From Lama guanicoe (taxonomy: Eukaryota): a stretch of 64,000 bases of DNA. Positions 50,891-64,000 of this stretch are shown one piece after another. Location: positions 7,165,367 to 7,229,366 of the forward strand of contig MU054220.1 in the NCBI GenBank assembly GCA_013239625.1, in the 5' to 3' direction. The translations under genes and the position numbers were made by a program. Numbering within the stretch: the first letter of the stretch is position 1; each line of letters begins with the position of its first letter. The notes under the pieces are model-generated. The model was not told the origin of the DNA. It was given only the letters and a program-made list of their open reading frames with translations, and did not search any database.

Positions 50891-52318
50891 TGATCTGATA
50901 CATATTTAGGGTGAAGAGCTTCCTTCAGTTCAATTCATGGTGTTGGCCAATATTTTCTCAACATTTCTACTACTAAATCACCTCTTACTATTTTTCCTCT
51001 AGGGGCCCATGTTTCGAAACTACTTTGCCCAATAAATACATTGCCATTTGTTCCTCCATTTTTCCTAATTGAAAGCAGATACCCGTCAGTTATTGTTCTG
51101 GAAACGTGCTGATTGAACATTGTGACCTTGAGTTGACATAAATGGGAGCCCAAAGATGTTTTAATTACTGAATGCAGCCGTATAAGTACATGCCTGGTTT
51201 CTAGTTGGCTTTCTGAAATATTGATTATAGCGGTCTCTGAGGATTCCAATTTTTAAAACAGTTACATAAATATATTTTGGTGCTAATCTTATGCTTTAAT
51301 TCATAGCCGCTGATAGGCTCAGTGCAGGCAACGCCCACGCCTCAGTGGCGTTGTTCACAGAGAACGTTGTTCACAGCAACGAAGGTGCCCCTTGGTGCCG
51401 TGCACTGCGCCGTGGCGTGAGGTGGGCCTCCTTAGTCATGAACTAAGTCATTGGAAAGAGACTGACTTTAAACTTTGCATAGGGCCCAAACGTGGGCTTA
51501 TGCAATGGGAGAATTTAAAAAGACCTTCTCGTTAGTGAAAGTGCCCAGATTAAAACTTTGATGAGCTGCCGTCACTTTTCACACCATGTAACCACCTGGA
51601 TTTGGGAGCCAGATATACATTCTCAAGAGCTGCTCCAGCTTCACGCTTTGGAAGGATGCTTCCTCCCTTTCTCTCCTAAGAAACAGCAGAAGACACTGGA
51701 TTAGATCAAAGTGCTAAATGGTGAGACACATTTAATTATGGTTTCATGTTATTCTTCCATCATTGAATATAAATGTCTTGACTGTGTTGAGTTGGAACTT
51801 GGAACAGAACCTTTTTTTTTCATCTTTTTCATGTTTCTCTTCAAGTTTTAGATGATTTCTTTCCAGTTCAGGGACTGCAATTATTATCTCTCATAATAGT
51901 AATAATAATCCCTAATAATAGGAATAGTAAGTGGGAGCGCAGACCCAGCACTGGCTCTTCTAAATAATAGGAAGCCCATACTATTAATGCTCTTGCCAAA
52001 GCGTGAACTGTGGTGACAGCACTGTTTTCTTGGGAGGGGTCTGTGTGTTTTATCCCATCAGTTTTCACCAAGTCACTGTAGGGAATATAGGAGAATTTAG
52101 CCATTTGATTATATTTTTGTTTATTGCTAAGATAGGTATCTGGAATGGGAAATAGGTTTCACAGATTAAAAAAAAGAGTAGGTTTTTATTTTTCTTATGA
52201 TGACTAATACCATCCCCTAATTATTAAAATCCTCTGTTATTGTAGATGTGGTCCTGCCTAGAACAAGATGTTTGATTTATGTGTGATGTTTTGATAGATA
52301 TCCTATTGTCAGTGTAGT

Positions 52319-52397
52319 TTTTTTTCTTTACTTTCTTTCTTTCTTTCTTTTTTTTTTTTTTTTTTNNNNNNNNNNNTTTTTTTTTTTTTTTTTTTTG
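52319..52397. repeat. T-rich/(TTTC)n tract with assembly gap (N 52366-52376)
   Basis: Direct observation. Confidence 0.9.
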
Positions 52398-54379
52398 AGC
52401 CTAATAAAAATAGTATTCAAGAATTCCTTCTCAGGACAATAGCCATACTTTCTTTAACCAATGACTTGATAATGATGTTGCAAAGTTCAGTAACTAAAAT
52501 ATGTTTTTTTTTTTAAGGTGCATGACATTTGAAAATGCAAAAATATGCCTCTCTTGAATGGTTTACAGTTGAATGTGAGCCAGATCTCTGAAAGTGCTGA
52601 GGGAATTTACAACCTCAGGGGAGGGAGGCAGAGAGGAGAAAGAGAGAGAGAGAGATTGCTCTGCTCTGAGCCTGGCTACTGGCTGTTCCAATTCGGGCAG
52701 AGAAAATGCTGAGAGTTTAGTGGGTGGATCTCTGAAGAGAATCACCTCCCTAGGCGGGGTCCAGAGCATGGGTGTCAGGGATGAATTCACATGCATTACG
52801 GGGAATGGAGAGCGATCAGGGAACTGAGTGTTCTTCTATCTGAAATGGCAGAAAGTCAGAAGCCATCCTAAAAGAGTTAACATCCACACGATGGTGATCA
52901 GGAAGGCAAGAATGGAACTATGAGGCTTTCTCTGTATTGTTTGAACGTTGCCATGGCAATAGTTTCCAGCAGAAGTTACATGTTTTTCAGTCCCCCAAAG
53001 CAGCAAATAGCCTTTCCCTCTCTTCCTCACCCTCCCTCCATCCCTCCCCCTCTTCCTGAGTGCTTAGTCCTTATCTCTCCATCCTTTTTTTTTCCCTCCT
53101 TCTGTCTTGTCTTTTGTTCTCCACCTTCTCAACTCTTCCCCCATTAACAGTAAAAATATTCCAACTCCAGGAAGTCACTTTTTAGGCAGAAAGTGAGTCA
53201 GACATATAGCCTCCTATCCGGTTTCTGTATTCCCCTGTCTGTTTACCTATTAAAGCTCTAATTAGATGGAAGCTGTGGATGGAAGCAGGGTTGGGGCTTT
53301 TCCTGGTTGGTAGGACACAAAACATATTATAATGGTTGGTGTTGTGGTGATATGTTAATTGGATCGCTCCAGGCAAGTGCAGAGCAACAGTCTCTGACAA
53401 TTAGAAAGAACAATGACTTTACTATGACGGAGCCCACTCTCCCAACCAGGGGAGAGATTAGCATGCATTGCAGGTCTCTGGAAGTTTACTGTAGACCCTG
53501 AGAGAGAGATCTGTGGTTGGCAATGCCTCCTGTCTCTTTAAAGCGAGGCTGCTGCCTCTCCTTATCTTTCTCCCCACCACACCCCCCACCCCCACTGCCA
53601 AAAAAAAAAAAAAAGAGAGAGAGAGAGAAGTGAGGGGACAGTGAGAGGTCTGGTTTAGTGGGTGGCAGGGACCGTCGCAGACCTGGACCATAGGATATAT
53701 CCCGGGGATGTTAGGAAGAAGTCTTTGCCTGCTTAATGCATGTGGCCAGTGAATTGTGAAATGGGTCTCATTAGAGTCTTTCCTATCCCGGCATGTGCCA
53801 AAGAGCTTGGCCGGCACAGCGCCATCACTTCAGGTCCAACCCCGCTGCTGTTGGCTGCAGCCAAGAAGGGACAGAGGCTGTGTCTGTGTTAAAGCATTCA
53901 GTCTCATCTCTCTCTGTCTACTGTTCATTGTAAGGCGCCTCTGGGCCTTTCATTGTGGCCCAGGAGGAGCCACAGCCCATCTCCTAGGTGTTTGGAGAGA
54001 GGAAATGTGAAGGGTTTTGAGCATCACAGATAGGTTTGGGGCGGCCAGTGGGTGGTGGCACCCAGAAGTTTCCTCTCCCTTCCCCAGGACTGGCATCAAT
54101 GTTGTCTCCAGGCTTCCCTGCAGAGAGCGCCCCAGATTGTCACCTGAAAGAGGTGACGGGTGGTTCAGGGCTAAATAAGTCATCAGAGACCTTGGTATTA
54201 CTAGAGACAGAGGAACGCTTTGCTTTTTTTTGGAGATTCATATAGTAGAGAGTTTAGAATCAAATTTTATCCCCCAAACCATAGCCTCATCAGTAGCAGC
54301 TGCCAAATGCTGTGTCCTGTGGGCCAGACACTGTGCGTGTCTCTGACTTACAGTACCCAATGGTTGTACAAGATTGATG

Positions 54380-54600
54380 ATCTAAGAGCATAGGCATAGG
54401 AGCCAGATCGACCCAAGCCCTGTCACTTTTCAGAAATGTAGCTTTGGCCAATTTACTTACCCTTTTGAACCTGACTTTCTCATGTGCAGCATGAGAATAA
54501 ATATAGCACAGGGCTGTGGTGAGTTATAATTGAAATAATGCATGTCAAGCTTTTAGCAGAAGACTTGCACATGGAAAACTCTCAGGCTACTATTTGTAAA
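54380..54600 (+). mobile_element. MIR SINE
   Basis: TTTACTTACCCTTTTGAACCTGACTTTCTCATGTG..ATGAGAATAA. Confidence 0.7.
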
Positions 54601-54864
54601 AATATAAGAGGTGTTTTCATACAACAGTATTACAAAATAATCACTAGACATGTGCCTCAGGAAGAACAAAATTAAAAATAACTAAGGGCAGATGGCTTAA
54701 TGAAAAAGAAAAAATAGCATTGGAAGGTGAGTTTCTGAATTTGAAATGGTGAGTTCCTGATATTTTTGGTGTAACTCTGCAGTTTGAAAAGCAGAATAGA
54801 TAGGATCATTGAAATAAATTTTTGTTGCATGCATTCTGGATAGATGATTTCCATCGTTCATATT

Positions 54865-55340
54865 AGAGTTTTCTTGTAAAAGTAATCTCTTGGGTTTTGT
54901 ATTAGTTTTAATGCCTTAGATTGGAAATAAGAGGGGAAAAAAAGAAAGAGAGAGAGAATGCAGTGACGCACGCAATCGAAAAGTTTTGCAGTACATGGAG
55001 TTCAGATATGGTTTGATTCAGGTGCTAAGGATGTCACAAGGACCTTTGCTCTATTTTCTCTTTAATTCTCTTGGCTCAGTCCTCTTCCATGGGTCATTTC
55101 CATCCTCAGACGATTGTTTTGCATTTCCTCATCCACCAAAGAAAGATTCACACTTTTATTCCAGCGTTCCCAGAGAGCATTCTGAGATCTAAGCTGACTG
55201 GACTAGTTTAGGTCATATTCCCACTCATGGACCAATCACTGGCTCCAAAGGAATGCAGCTGAGGGTCAGATGCATCCCCAGGTGGAACTCAGGGGCTCTT
55301 GAGAGGAGAGGAATTAGGTGCTGGCGAGATAGTCACAAAT
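54865..55340 (-). mobile_element. Old MaLR (MLT1J/K-like) LTR
   Basis: GGTCATATTCCCACTCATGGACCAATCACTG and GAGTTCAGATATGGTTTGATTCAGG motifs. Confidence 0.6.
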
Positions 55341-56279
55341 AGCATAGGTGTAATGGTGGAAATCTGTAAGGATAAGTTGCTATGTTTCACACTGTAACTT
55401 GCTAAACGGGTTAATTTTCTTTCTCTTTCTCTGTAATACTATGTTGTATATAGGTATTGAAGTTTTGATAATCATCTAAGGAGTTTTATTCTTTCTGCAG
55501 ATCGTCTGGCTGTAGCTATCAATGTTTCAGGGGAATAGCTTCATCTGCATGCATGCTGTTTTTGCATTGCTTCTCCCCTCTCTTAGGAACAGGTCCTTGC
55601 TTTCGAAAGGAAATTTACAGGTTTTCCTGGAAGTGAGGAAATAAACGCAAAACAAAAGAATTCTCTTCCATTAATTGCTAGAAGTTTTTAAACTGCCTGG
55701 AACACCCACACTGCTGGCCACCTGCACCAGCCATGGGTATGTGTCTGTCCAATTTGGATTTCATCAAATTTGTCACTGCAAAGATCTCAGTAGTCACATA
55801 GTCCATTTCTGAACTCGCCATCCTGCCTACCCAGGGGTGGTGATCCAGGTAATATAGCACGATGTCCTTTGGTTCGTAATAGGCAAGGAAGAAGAAATAA
55901 TTTGGGCTTTGGATATAAATATTTGTTAAGACCCATTTTAAGTGCATGACTGCTCAGAAGGTTCAAGGACTGGAGAGTCTTTTTGTCGTCTTCACTCTGT
56001 GTGACCACGTTGTACACAATATGAATACTGTATTCATACTTATGCAGTGACATGCTCTGGATTGAGAATCAAACCAAGTTCATATGCTTCTTGTAAAAGC
56101 TGTTGTCAAGCAAACTGCTGGTGGAGTAGGTTGTGCCTGGAAAGTTAAAACAATGAAGACTACCATGTTTTCACGACCTGTTACATGATAGGAATTGTAG
56201 TGGTTTATTTTACATATGTTATCTCATTGTACCCTTACAGAAATGGCAGTCATGATAATAACAATACCCTCCCCCCAAA

Positions 56280-56500
56280 TCAATAATAGACAATGTTTAT
56301 TGAGTGATTATTATGTGTAGGCATTGTTCTAAATGCTTTCCCTGTGTGATGACATTGAATCCACAAACAAGCACTTTTCTTTAAATGTGAGGATAGACTA
56401 GTTTAGATGGGCATAATGATTTACCCATGTCACAAAGCTAACAGATGGGAGAACCCTGCTTTGAACTTCTGGTCAACCCTGTGATGTTTAGACTTTGCTC
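56280..56500 (-). mobile_element. MIR SINE
   Basis: TTTATTGAGTGATTATTATGTGTAGGCATTGTTCTAAATGCTTT. Confidence 0.75.
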
Positions 56501-57417
56501 TGCTGCCTCTCGCATGACACTACTTAATTAAACACAAAATCAAACAAAACCACAAGAGCAAAAAAAAAAAGAAAAAAGAAAAAAAAATCTTACTTTTTTT
56601 TTTTTTAAGTTTAAGGAAATCAAAACACCAAAGACCCATGACCTGTCCTTCTTTTAACCTCACTTACTTTTTTGTTTTTCCCTCCTTTCCGCTTCTCAGC
56701 TTTTCCCATGTGTTCTCAGCTTTGACAATCTGTTAGCCTCCAGTTTAACCCAGGGGAGCTGCCCAGCCACAAGTCTGGGTATTTAAGAGTAAAGCTTTAC
56801 CTGCACCATTTATTTTAAATATAAGCATGGAAGGTCACCACAAGTAAACACAAGGGTGTTTTAGGCGGCCATGTTGTTTGTTGTGTGTTAGGAAAAGTGA
56901 AGAAACGTTTCAGGTCACAGTGGTGACTGGCGCCTGCACTTCATGCCTCAACAGAGATTAGTCGTGGGCGGGGCTTCTTCCTTAAGATGTAATGATACTG
57001 ATGGTCACATCCTGGGCTGCATAAGACTGTACCACGAATCTCTTGTCTCAGTTGTAATCATCAGAAGACAGCCTCCTCCATATTTAGAAAAGGGACATTG
57101 GGCCCTTTCCTCAGTCGCTCCTAAGAGTCTTTCCTTTTCCCCATCAGAATAGTACGTGGGAGAGGCAGAAGCGGGCATAGCTCCGAGACACTGTTTCTGC
57201 TGCTGTTCCCAAGAAGCTACCAAACAGAAGTGCTGTTCTCAGTTCATCTGGGCACTGGGCCAGAGAGCAGGCAAGGCCCCAAGTCAGCTTCCTTGCTCCT
57301 TCACCATATCACCCTTTCTTCTGCTTATAAGACAGACACTGCAGGGGCCAGGAAAGCAGGCACAACACGACACGGCTGCAGGCGCGATGGACACAAGCCC
57401 TTCCTCACTTAGGTGTC

Positions 57418-57448
<31 letters not shown>

Positions 57449-57466
57449 GCACACACACACACACAC
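57418..57466. repeat. (CA)n microsatellite with CG interruptions
   Basis: Direct observation; alternating purine-pyrimidine. Confidence 0.95.
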
Positions 57467-60400
57467 GTGGTCCCACCACCTTATCTTAGTGTCCTGAACT
57501 CCCACCTGACTTCTGAAGGGCCTTCTAAAGACACCTGCCGTTTATCTTTCTCTAGAATTCAAGATACAAAGAGAAAGAGCTGCATACTCAGTAACGGACT
57601 CTGGATTCAGGGCATGGGTTGACATCTGAGGATTATTCTCCTGATTGCCGACAATATATTGGACCCAGTATCTTCTGTTCAGAGAATATAAAGTGACTTT
57701 AATATCAGTCGTGGCTTCTTATCCCCAAATCTAAGGCCTTTACAACAGCAAATGGAAGAGGCTTGGGCTTGTCGGTGTTTTATAAGATCTGATCCACGGC
57801 TTCCTGACCCCTGGGGCTGGCAAGACAGAGTAGGCTCTTGCTTTATATTATCTCTAGACTACGCCCCTTTCCTACGCTGGCCTGGGCTCTCAGCGCTTAT
57901 CGGGCCCAGATAAGTAGAATCATGCCCTGATGTACCCGTCTCCATCCAGTCTCGTTCCCACCACTTATCCTCCGGAGCCACTGCTCGTGGTCCCTTCTCC
58001 TCCTAGCAAAGCCTGCCTATGAAATACATGCTGGAACCCGAAACCTGGCCCTTGGCCCGAGGGCCTCTCCATCCTCTCCCCGTCCCCGTGTGTGTTTCTT
58101 GGCCATGCCATGTTGTTTTCCAGTTCCTGTACCCTGAGCTGTATGGGTAGTTGTTCTGTGTACCCGTTGTTTGGTTTTCCCACTTAGACCGAAGGCTCTC
58201 TGAGGTCCACCCCTTGGCTTACACGTCTGTGTCCTCTCCTCCACACCTCACGTAGAGGAAATACTCAATCTGTGCTTCATAATTGAAAAAAAACTTTTCC
58301 TTTATTGGCTTCCAATGGCTCATCTAAAAAAAATTTAAAAGGGGTGCTTTGTTTCTAATTAGATTTTCATTAATTTTGCTAATAGAGGACTTAACAGACT
58401 TAACCTCTACTTGGGGTGAGGCCACCTTTTCCATCAGAGGCCCCACCTCGCAGTGGGTCATCTTTGACATAAAAGGCATTCTCCTTTGCAGAGTTTTCTG
58501 CAGGGTACCTTTAGAGAGCTGCTGTTTGAAGAGCAATAGATCAGAGCTCTAGGTTTCCTTATGGCTGTTTGCTTAGCAAGGACGTGAAGCTCGCTAATCC
58601 AAGCAGGGGCTTTTGTGGGCGTTCGTCAGCCTGTCTTCCTCAGAGGGCTACTTGCTTCTGTCTCTCTGTAGTGCTGACAGGCCGATGGATTTCCCAGGGT
58701 TGACCCAGGGCCACGTTCAAGACGTTAATTTTTCCAATTTCCTGTCCTGTGAAAATTACAAGGAGCATGATGAAGTGGTAACTCTTCAGGTTTTGCCTAC
58801 TGTTCTAATACGTGGCCTTGGCTTCCAGAGCTAATCTACAAAATGGGCAGGTGTCATGATGAGGTTTGCAATAACCAATAGAGGAAAAAGAGCAGAATGT
58901 AGTGAGTTTCTCACAAAAGTAAATGTATACGCATACATTTATATGGAAAACTGAATCTTAGTCTTTATTTTTCTTGTTATTTTATTAGGATCAAATGTCC
59001 TTTTTTTTTTAAGGTGAATGATTATGATAATACATGGTATTTAAAAAAATTTTCTCCTAATGTTGTCATTGGTTGGTAAGATACGTTGTGTGTGTATGTG
59101 CATTCACAAGTTTGTGACAAATGACCACCATGTCCGTGATTAATTTCACTTAACGTTGATAGTTCGGTAATCTAGAACTCTTCCATGAGATATAAACATT
59201 AGAGGCCTGGAGAAAACTTTGAGTAAAATAGGAAAGTGGGCCGTATCTTCCTAGCATCCCCAGCAGCATCTTGGTCGTGGCCCCTTCCTACTGCTGAGTG
59301 CCACTGTCAGACACGACCTTCCAGTACCAGCGCCCTCCTCTCTGGCCTCAGGACACTAAGCAAGTTGCCTCCCCTTTCTCAGCCTTCCATGTCTGTAACA
59401 CCAGCAGTTCAATTTAGATGCTCCGCGTTGTTCCTTTGAGCACTGTCTTTCCAGAGGCTAAGGCACTCCATACAACTGTTTGCAGGTAACAAGACGATAT
59501 TTGCCAGAGAGAATGGCAACGCATTTTCCTCGTTCCTTTTCTCAGAGAGTCTGGCTGACTTACTCCCTTTCTTGTATCTGCTTGCCCTTCTCTGTCTCCT
59601 TTTTTTTTTTTTTTAAATCACGTTTGTCAGATTTCTTTCTTTCCTCTTCTGTCTCTATCTAGCCAAGTCCTGCTCCCCATTAGAATCGCTTATTTTGTGC
59701 ATGTGGCGTTTCTGCAGGGTAAGCACTTCATTTCAGACTTGCTTCCACTAATGAACTACAAAATTAAGTAGGTGAATTCATTGATTCAGCACTTGGTTTG
59801 ATGTTTATATTAATTCATTAAAAGGGAAGCCCTGGATGTGGCCAGAGGCTTGCCGGGAATCTGTCCCTCCCCCCAGAAATCTCCTTTGACTTCCCACACT
59901 GGATAGCTCTCTTGCTGCTTCTCAGAAGTGTTCATGCCTCTGGGGAGCTGCCAAATGACCGAAGCTGCATCAGACAGGAATTCCGCCCTTTGTGACGGCA
60001 GAAACAATCCTTTCTTGTTCTTTTTCTCCTTCCCAAGCTTCCTGGCCCTGGCGTCAGTTCTACTTTTGATATACCTGGAGAATTTTCTCTCAGTGCCTGC
60101 TGAGATTTCAGTCATGTCTGTTTCATGTCGGATGCCCGCACAGCCACTGTCCACCTGCCCCCACCCACAAGAGGAAAATAGGACTTCCCACCTGGCTGAA
60201 ATCCTCACCTCATTTCCATCAAAAAGAACGTAAGTAAGAAGCTGTAATAGGGTTCACACCCCGCCTCAGAGCCATCAACTAGTTTTCAGAAAAAGGATAT
60301 ACTTACAATCTGGTTTTGTTTCTGTTTTCAACAATTCTATCCTGTTCCATTCTTCTTTACCTTAGCACATAATAACTGCGAATGAATGACAGAGTGGTGG

Positions 60401-61536
60401 CCATTTGTCACATGTACCTTTTTTTTTTTTTTTGGCCTTGAAGATTGAAGATTTGAATCTTGAAGATTCACAGCTTCTTTCAAATTGCTACACATAGCAT
60501 CAGACTGGAAAAATGTTTTAGGCTAAAACAGAGTGGGGCCTGCTGTCATTGAGTAGTGTCCATTGTAAAAGAAGGCTTTTCTTGGAGCCCATCCAGACAA
60601 TTCAGTTGCTTGTCCAAAGCAAATGGATTAGAAGAAGGATGGACTAAGTATATGTTCTTTGATTTGATTTTGTGCCTCCTGTTCCTCGTGCACCTGTTAA
60701 AAGTTCTGAACTAAGAGCCATTGCCTTCAGACAGTTTGCTTCATCTGTCCCACGTATTTAAATCGTGTGTGCTGTTAGCATCAATTGACCCTAACTTCCC
60801 ATCGCAGTGCAGCCTCTGTGTTGCTCTCCCCCAGTACTTCGTACACACGTTGTCCACGGTCCTACTTAGTACTTACCTGTTGATTATCCATCTTCCTCAC
60901 ATCCTTCTGAGATTTCTCTATGAAGGGAGCCTGACTTACTCTTCTTTGTGTACCTCTTTGATACATAGTAGGTACTCGATCAGTGTTGAAAGGAAATAAA
61001 TGGAATAGTGAACACTTAAAGCTTGGAATTTGGTTAGAGCAAGATTTGACCCCTCTGGTAGTAATTCAATTTGAATTTGAGTAAACTTTCCTTTTGCAAA
61101 ATTCAGTATCACAATATTTTGAAGTTGTCTATCTAACAGAGCTATTAAATTTGTTCTGCACATTTGTGTTGCAAGGCACTACTTTGGATTTTAAAATATC
61201 TACACGTTGTTTTAAAAATCTGATCGAATCATTATAACTCAAGGAATAAATTCATTTCAGCCAAGATAGTTGTTAATTTTTATTAAAACATTTTCCCCCA
61301 AATAGTCAATAGCTCTGTTTTTCATAGTGCAACTATTTTATATTTGTAAATTTATTCTGAAAGAGGCAGAGACAGAGAGAAGGAACCTAAAGTCATATCG
61401 GCTTGTCTTATATCAAATGAAATTGATACTTGTTAATTCCCTTTAACATCCTATGTTATAAACATACACATAAACACAAATCTTTCCTAATATTTTGCAT
61501 TCAAATGAAAAATGTGCTCATTTAATAATGTTTGAA

Positions 61537-61690
61537 ATGTATATGCACACATGTGTTTATATGTATATTTATGTGTGCGTGCACATATATACACATTTAT
61601 GTGTATACGTATTCACATGCACATATGTATTTACACACATATGTATACATCCACACATATATATACACACAAGGACATGCATACATATTT
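61537..61690. repeat. Degenerate (TA/CA/TG)n low-complexity tract
   Basis: Direct observation. Confidence 0.85.
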
Positions 61691-63744
61691 CTTGGTAGAT
61701 CATAATTTAGAAGTGTGGATTCTACTTCCAGTGGTTTTTTGGTACAAGATATTACAATATTAATAGCATTATATTGTCATTAAAAATATAAATAGAATGT
61801 GGGGGGGTAGGGATAATGGAAGACTTTTGCATTTGTACAAGAATGACTTTTTTTTCGTTACAGAGGGGTATATTTGGAGCTAGAATTAAGTTTCTTATGG
61901 CTGTTGCTCATTTAATAATTTATACAAGAAAACTTTATTTTAAAAGCACATTCCTTTGAAAGCCAGATACCATTGTTTTAACTGCTTGAGTACAGATTAT
62001 AGCCCAACTACAAAATTAAGAGTGAAACATGTGTTAGAGAAACGTTCACACCGCTTTCCACTTGAGAAGTTACTTGCTGCTAAATTTCAGATCCTGACAT
62101 CTTTTCATAGTTAAATACTTGATTAAAAGAAAGGAGAGTTTCACCAAATACTGTTGGGTGTTTGGGCCAGTTCTGATACCATGGCATCATTGTGGTCTCA
62201 AGGGGAGTGTGTATTCCACGAGTAAGACTTGTGACCAGAGGTAGGAAAGCTTGCATATGTAGATTATTGAATTTGCACCCTTTTTAAGAGATAAATTATC
62301 ACTCAAGATTCTTCTTTTCTTTTTGAGGCAGTAATGCCTTTGGTGTCTTTACAGTGACAGGAGAATAGAATGAATCATAGGTTTCCACTCTGTTCATGGA
62401 GTCTGAATAATTTAGTTAATGCTTTTATAATAAGACTTGCTTTCCTCCAAGATGGTTTTTGGTTGAGTCTTTGAACCAAATGAAGATGTTTATTGGAATT
62501 ATGATTTCTCACTAGTGACTATTTTATTTAATTTAATTTATTTATTTATTTTTTTTTGATGCACTGAGTTGAACAGGTCCAGGGCTTATACCCTCCTCTC
62601 TACACACACAAAATGTTCCAGTTATATCAGGGAGTTCACAGAACCCCTTCCATAGATTGTGGTTAAACAGTGTATGATTCTTGGAATGAATGTACCTGCA
62701 TCATCTACAGAGCCATCAAACAGCAATCTTCTTATGTATCTATCATTGGCTTCAGTGTTTGAATCAGATCTGAAGGCATCAAGGAAGGTTTGGACCCATC
62801 ATGCTCCCAGGTATTCATTTTATCTTGATCCTTGAGTACGCAGGATTGAGTCCAGTTTACTCTGCACTTCGTGGATGAGTCTTGTTGTTTTCTTTTTTTG
62901 TTTGTGTGTGTTTGCTTTTTTGTTTTTGTCATTGAGGGCATTGGAGAAAAATGTTCCCTATAAAACAGCCACCAAATAGCTCTTTTCTCGCGGAAACCTC
63001 AAAATATTTTTTCCATTATTGATTCCATCTCTTCATACGACTTCTACTTAATGGAAACCGCTCAGCTTTCTGGAACTCCTGAGTATGTCTGGGTTCGGGT
63101 TATGATCCGTTTGGAGGGTGCCCATTGTCCTGTGTAGGCATGGCTTGATGGGTCACGCTAAGGTTTTTAATGATGTTTTATAGCCCTGAACTTCAGATAG
63201 GACCTTTTGGAATAGGACTGAATGCGAGCCTGACTGGAATTATATCAATAACTGAATGAGTTGGGAGATAAAGCAAGCGGCCTACACACTGTGGTTCACT
63301 GCTAGCTTGTCAAATCGTAGGATGTGATAAAATAGAATGCTGTCACTTTGATTCCCTTGGTCTGGGATACAGTTATGAATGAATCTGTTGGTGTCCACCA
63401 TGACATCATGTCCACATCTTATGTGGCAGCCCTGAAAGAGATCTTCATGTACCCTCACCTACATTGTCAAAGGAGGTCTACATTCAAAGTTGATGTGCGT
63501 AAAGAATGAATGCCTCATACCTCAGTGAGAGGCTTAGAATGGAACAGAAATATCGTTTTAGTAGCTTAAGGAGTCAGGGACCTTCCCAAACTCACTCACT
63601 GAGGCAGTTTCAGGACCTGAGTATATTCGACACAGTTCAGTTCAGCACAGGTTATAAAATGTCTGCTATGTGATATGCTAGCCACTACCAGTATATACTA
63701 ATTATGAAATCCTCTCCATTACATAAAGTTTTTAAGTTAGTAAG

Positions 63745-63886
63745 AGGGGAGGATATTTCAGTGGGAGAGTGCATGCTAAGCATGCACAAGGTCCTGGGTT
63801 CAATCCCCAGTATGTTCATTTAAAAAATAATTCACTAATTAAATAAACCGAATGACCCCCTCCAATAAATAAATACATACATAGTA
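63745..63886 (+). mobile_element. Camelid-type tRNA-derived SINE
   Basis: GAGTGCATGCTAAGCATGCACAAGGTCCTGGGTTCAATCCCCAGTA with AT-rich tail; flanks AAGTTAGTAAG and AAATTAGTAAG. Confidence 0.9.
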
Positions 63887-64000
63887 AAATTAGTAAGGAA
63901 AGAAAATTTAACTTTCATTATCAACCTTTGTGCTCTGTGATTTTGAGAAAGCATTTAACCCTTCCTTCTGAAGCTCTCTTTCCTGGTCTGTAGAATGAAG

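Noticed and set aside
51300..51430. Small CpG-rich patch as a regulatory island
   Set aside because: Too short, and resembles a MER91-like DNA transposon remnant with a small internal duplication
43058..64000. LRRC4C coding sequence
   Set aside because: No leucine-rich-repeat or Ig-domain ORF in any frame; the coding exon must lie beyond the window

Overview
Mammalian, non-coding genomic DNA, most likely camelid: three tRNA-derived SINEs of the GGGGAGGGTATAGCT...GTGCATGCT.AGCATGC...GGTTCAATCCC type, plus camelid-like L1 3' ends. No intact protein-coding exon is supported. The window appears to lie within the 5' non-coding part of LRRC4C (NGL-1, netrin-G ligand-1) on the + strand. A CpG-island promoter (~41.0-42.55 kb) leads into a long, uORF-rich non-coding exon (~42267-43057, donor ACA|GTGAGT). 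I recognise this exon from memory as the LRRC4C 5'UTR, which needs BLAST confirmation. A 97-nt cassette with strong splice sites (13439-13535) is a probable upstream 5'UTR exon. The rest is intron filled with L1, L2, MIR, MaLR, ERV solo LTRs, MER20 and microsatellites, with two N gaps. I see no clearly new biological system. The best leads are apparently conserved uORFs in the leader exon, an AT-to-GC converted tract that looks like a GC-biased gene conversion scar, a nested five-LTR cluster, a tail-to-tail L1 pair, divergent CTCF motifs, and an unexplained 64-bp direct repeat upstream of the promoter. Repeat family names and most repeat boundaries are approximate pattern recognition.
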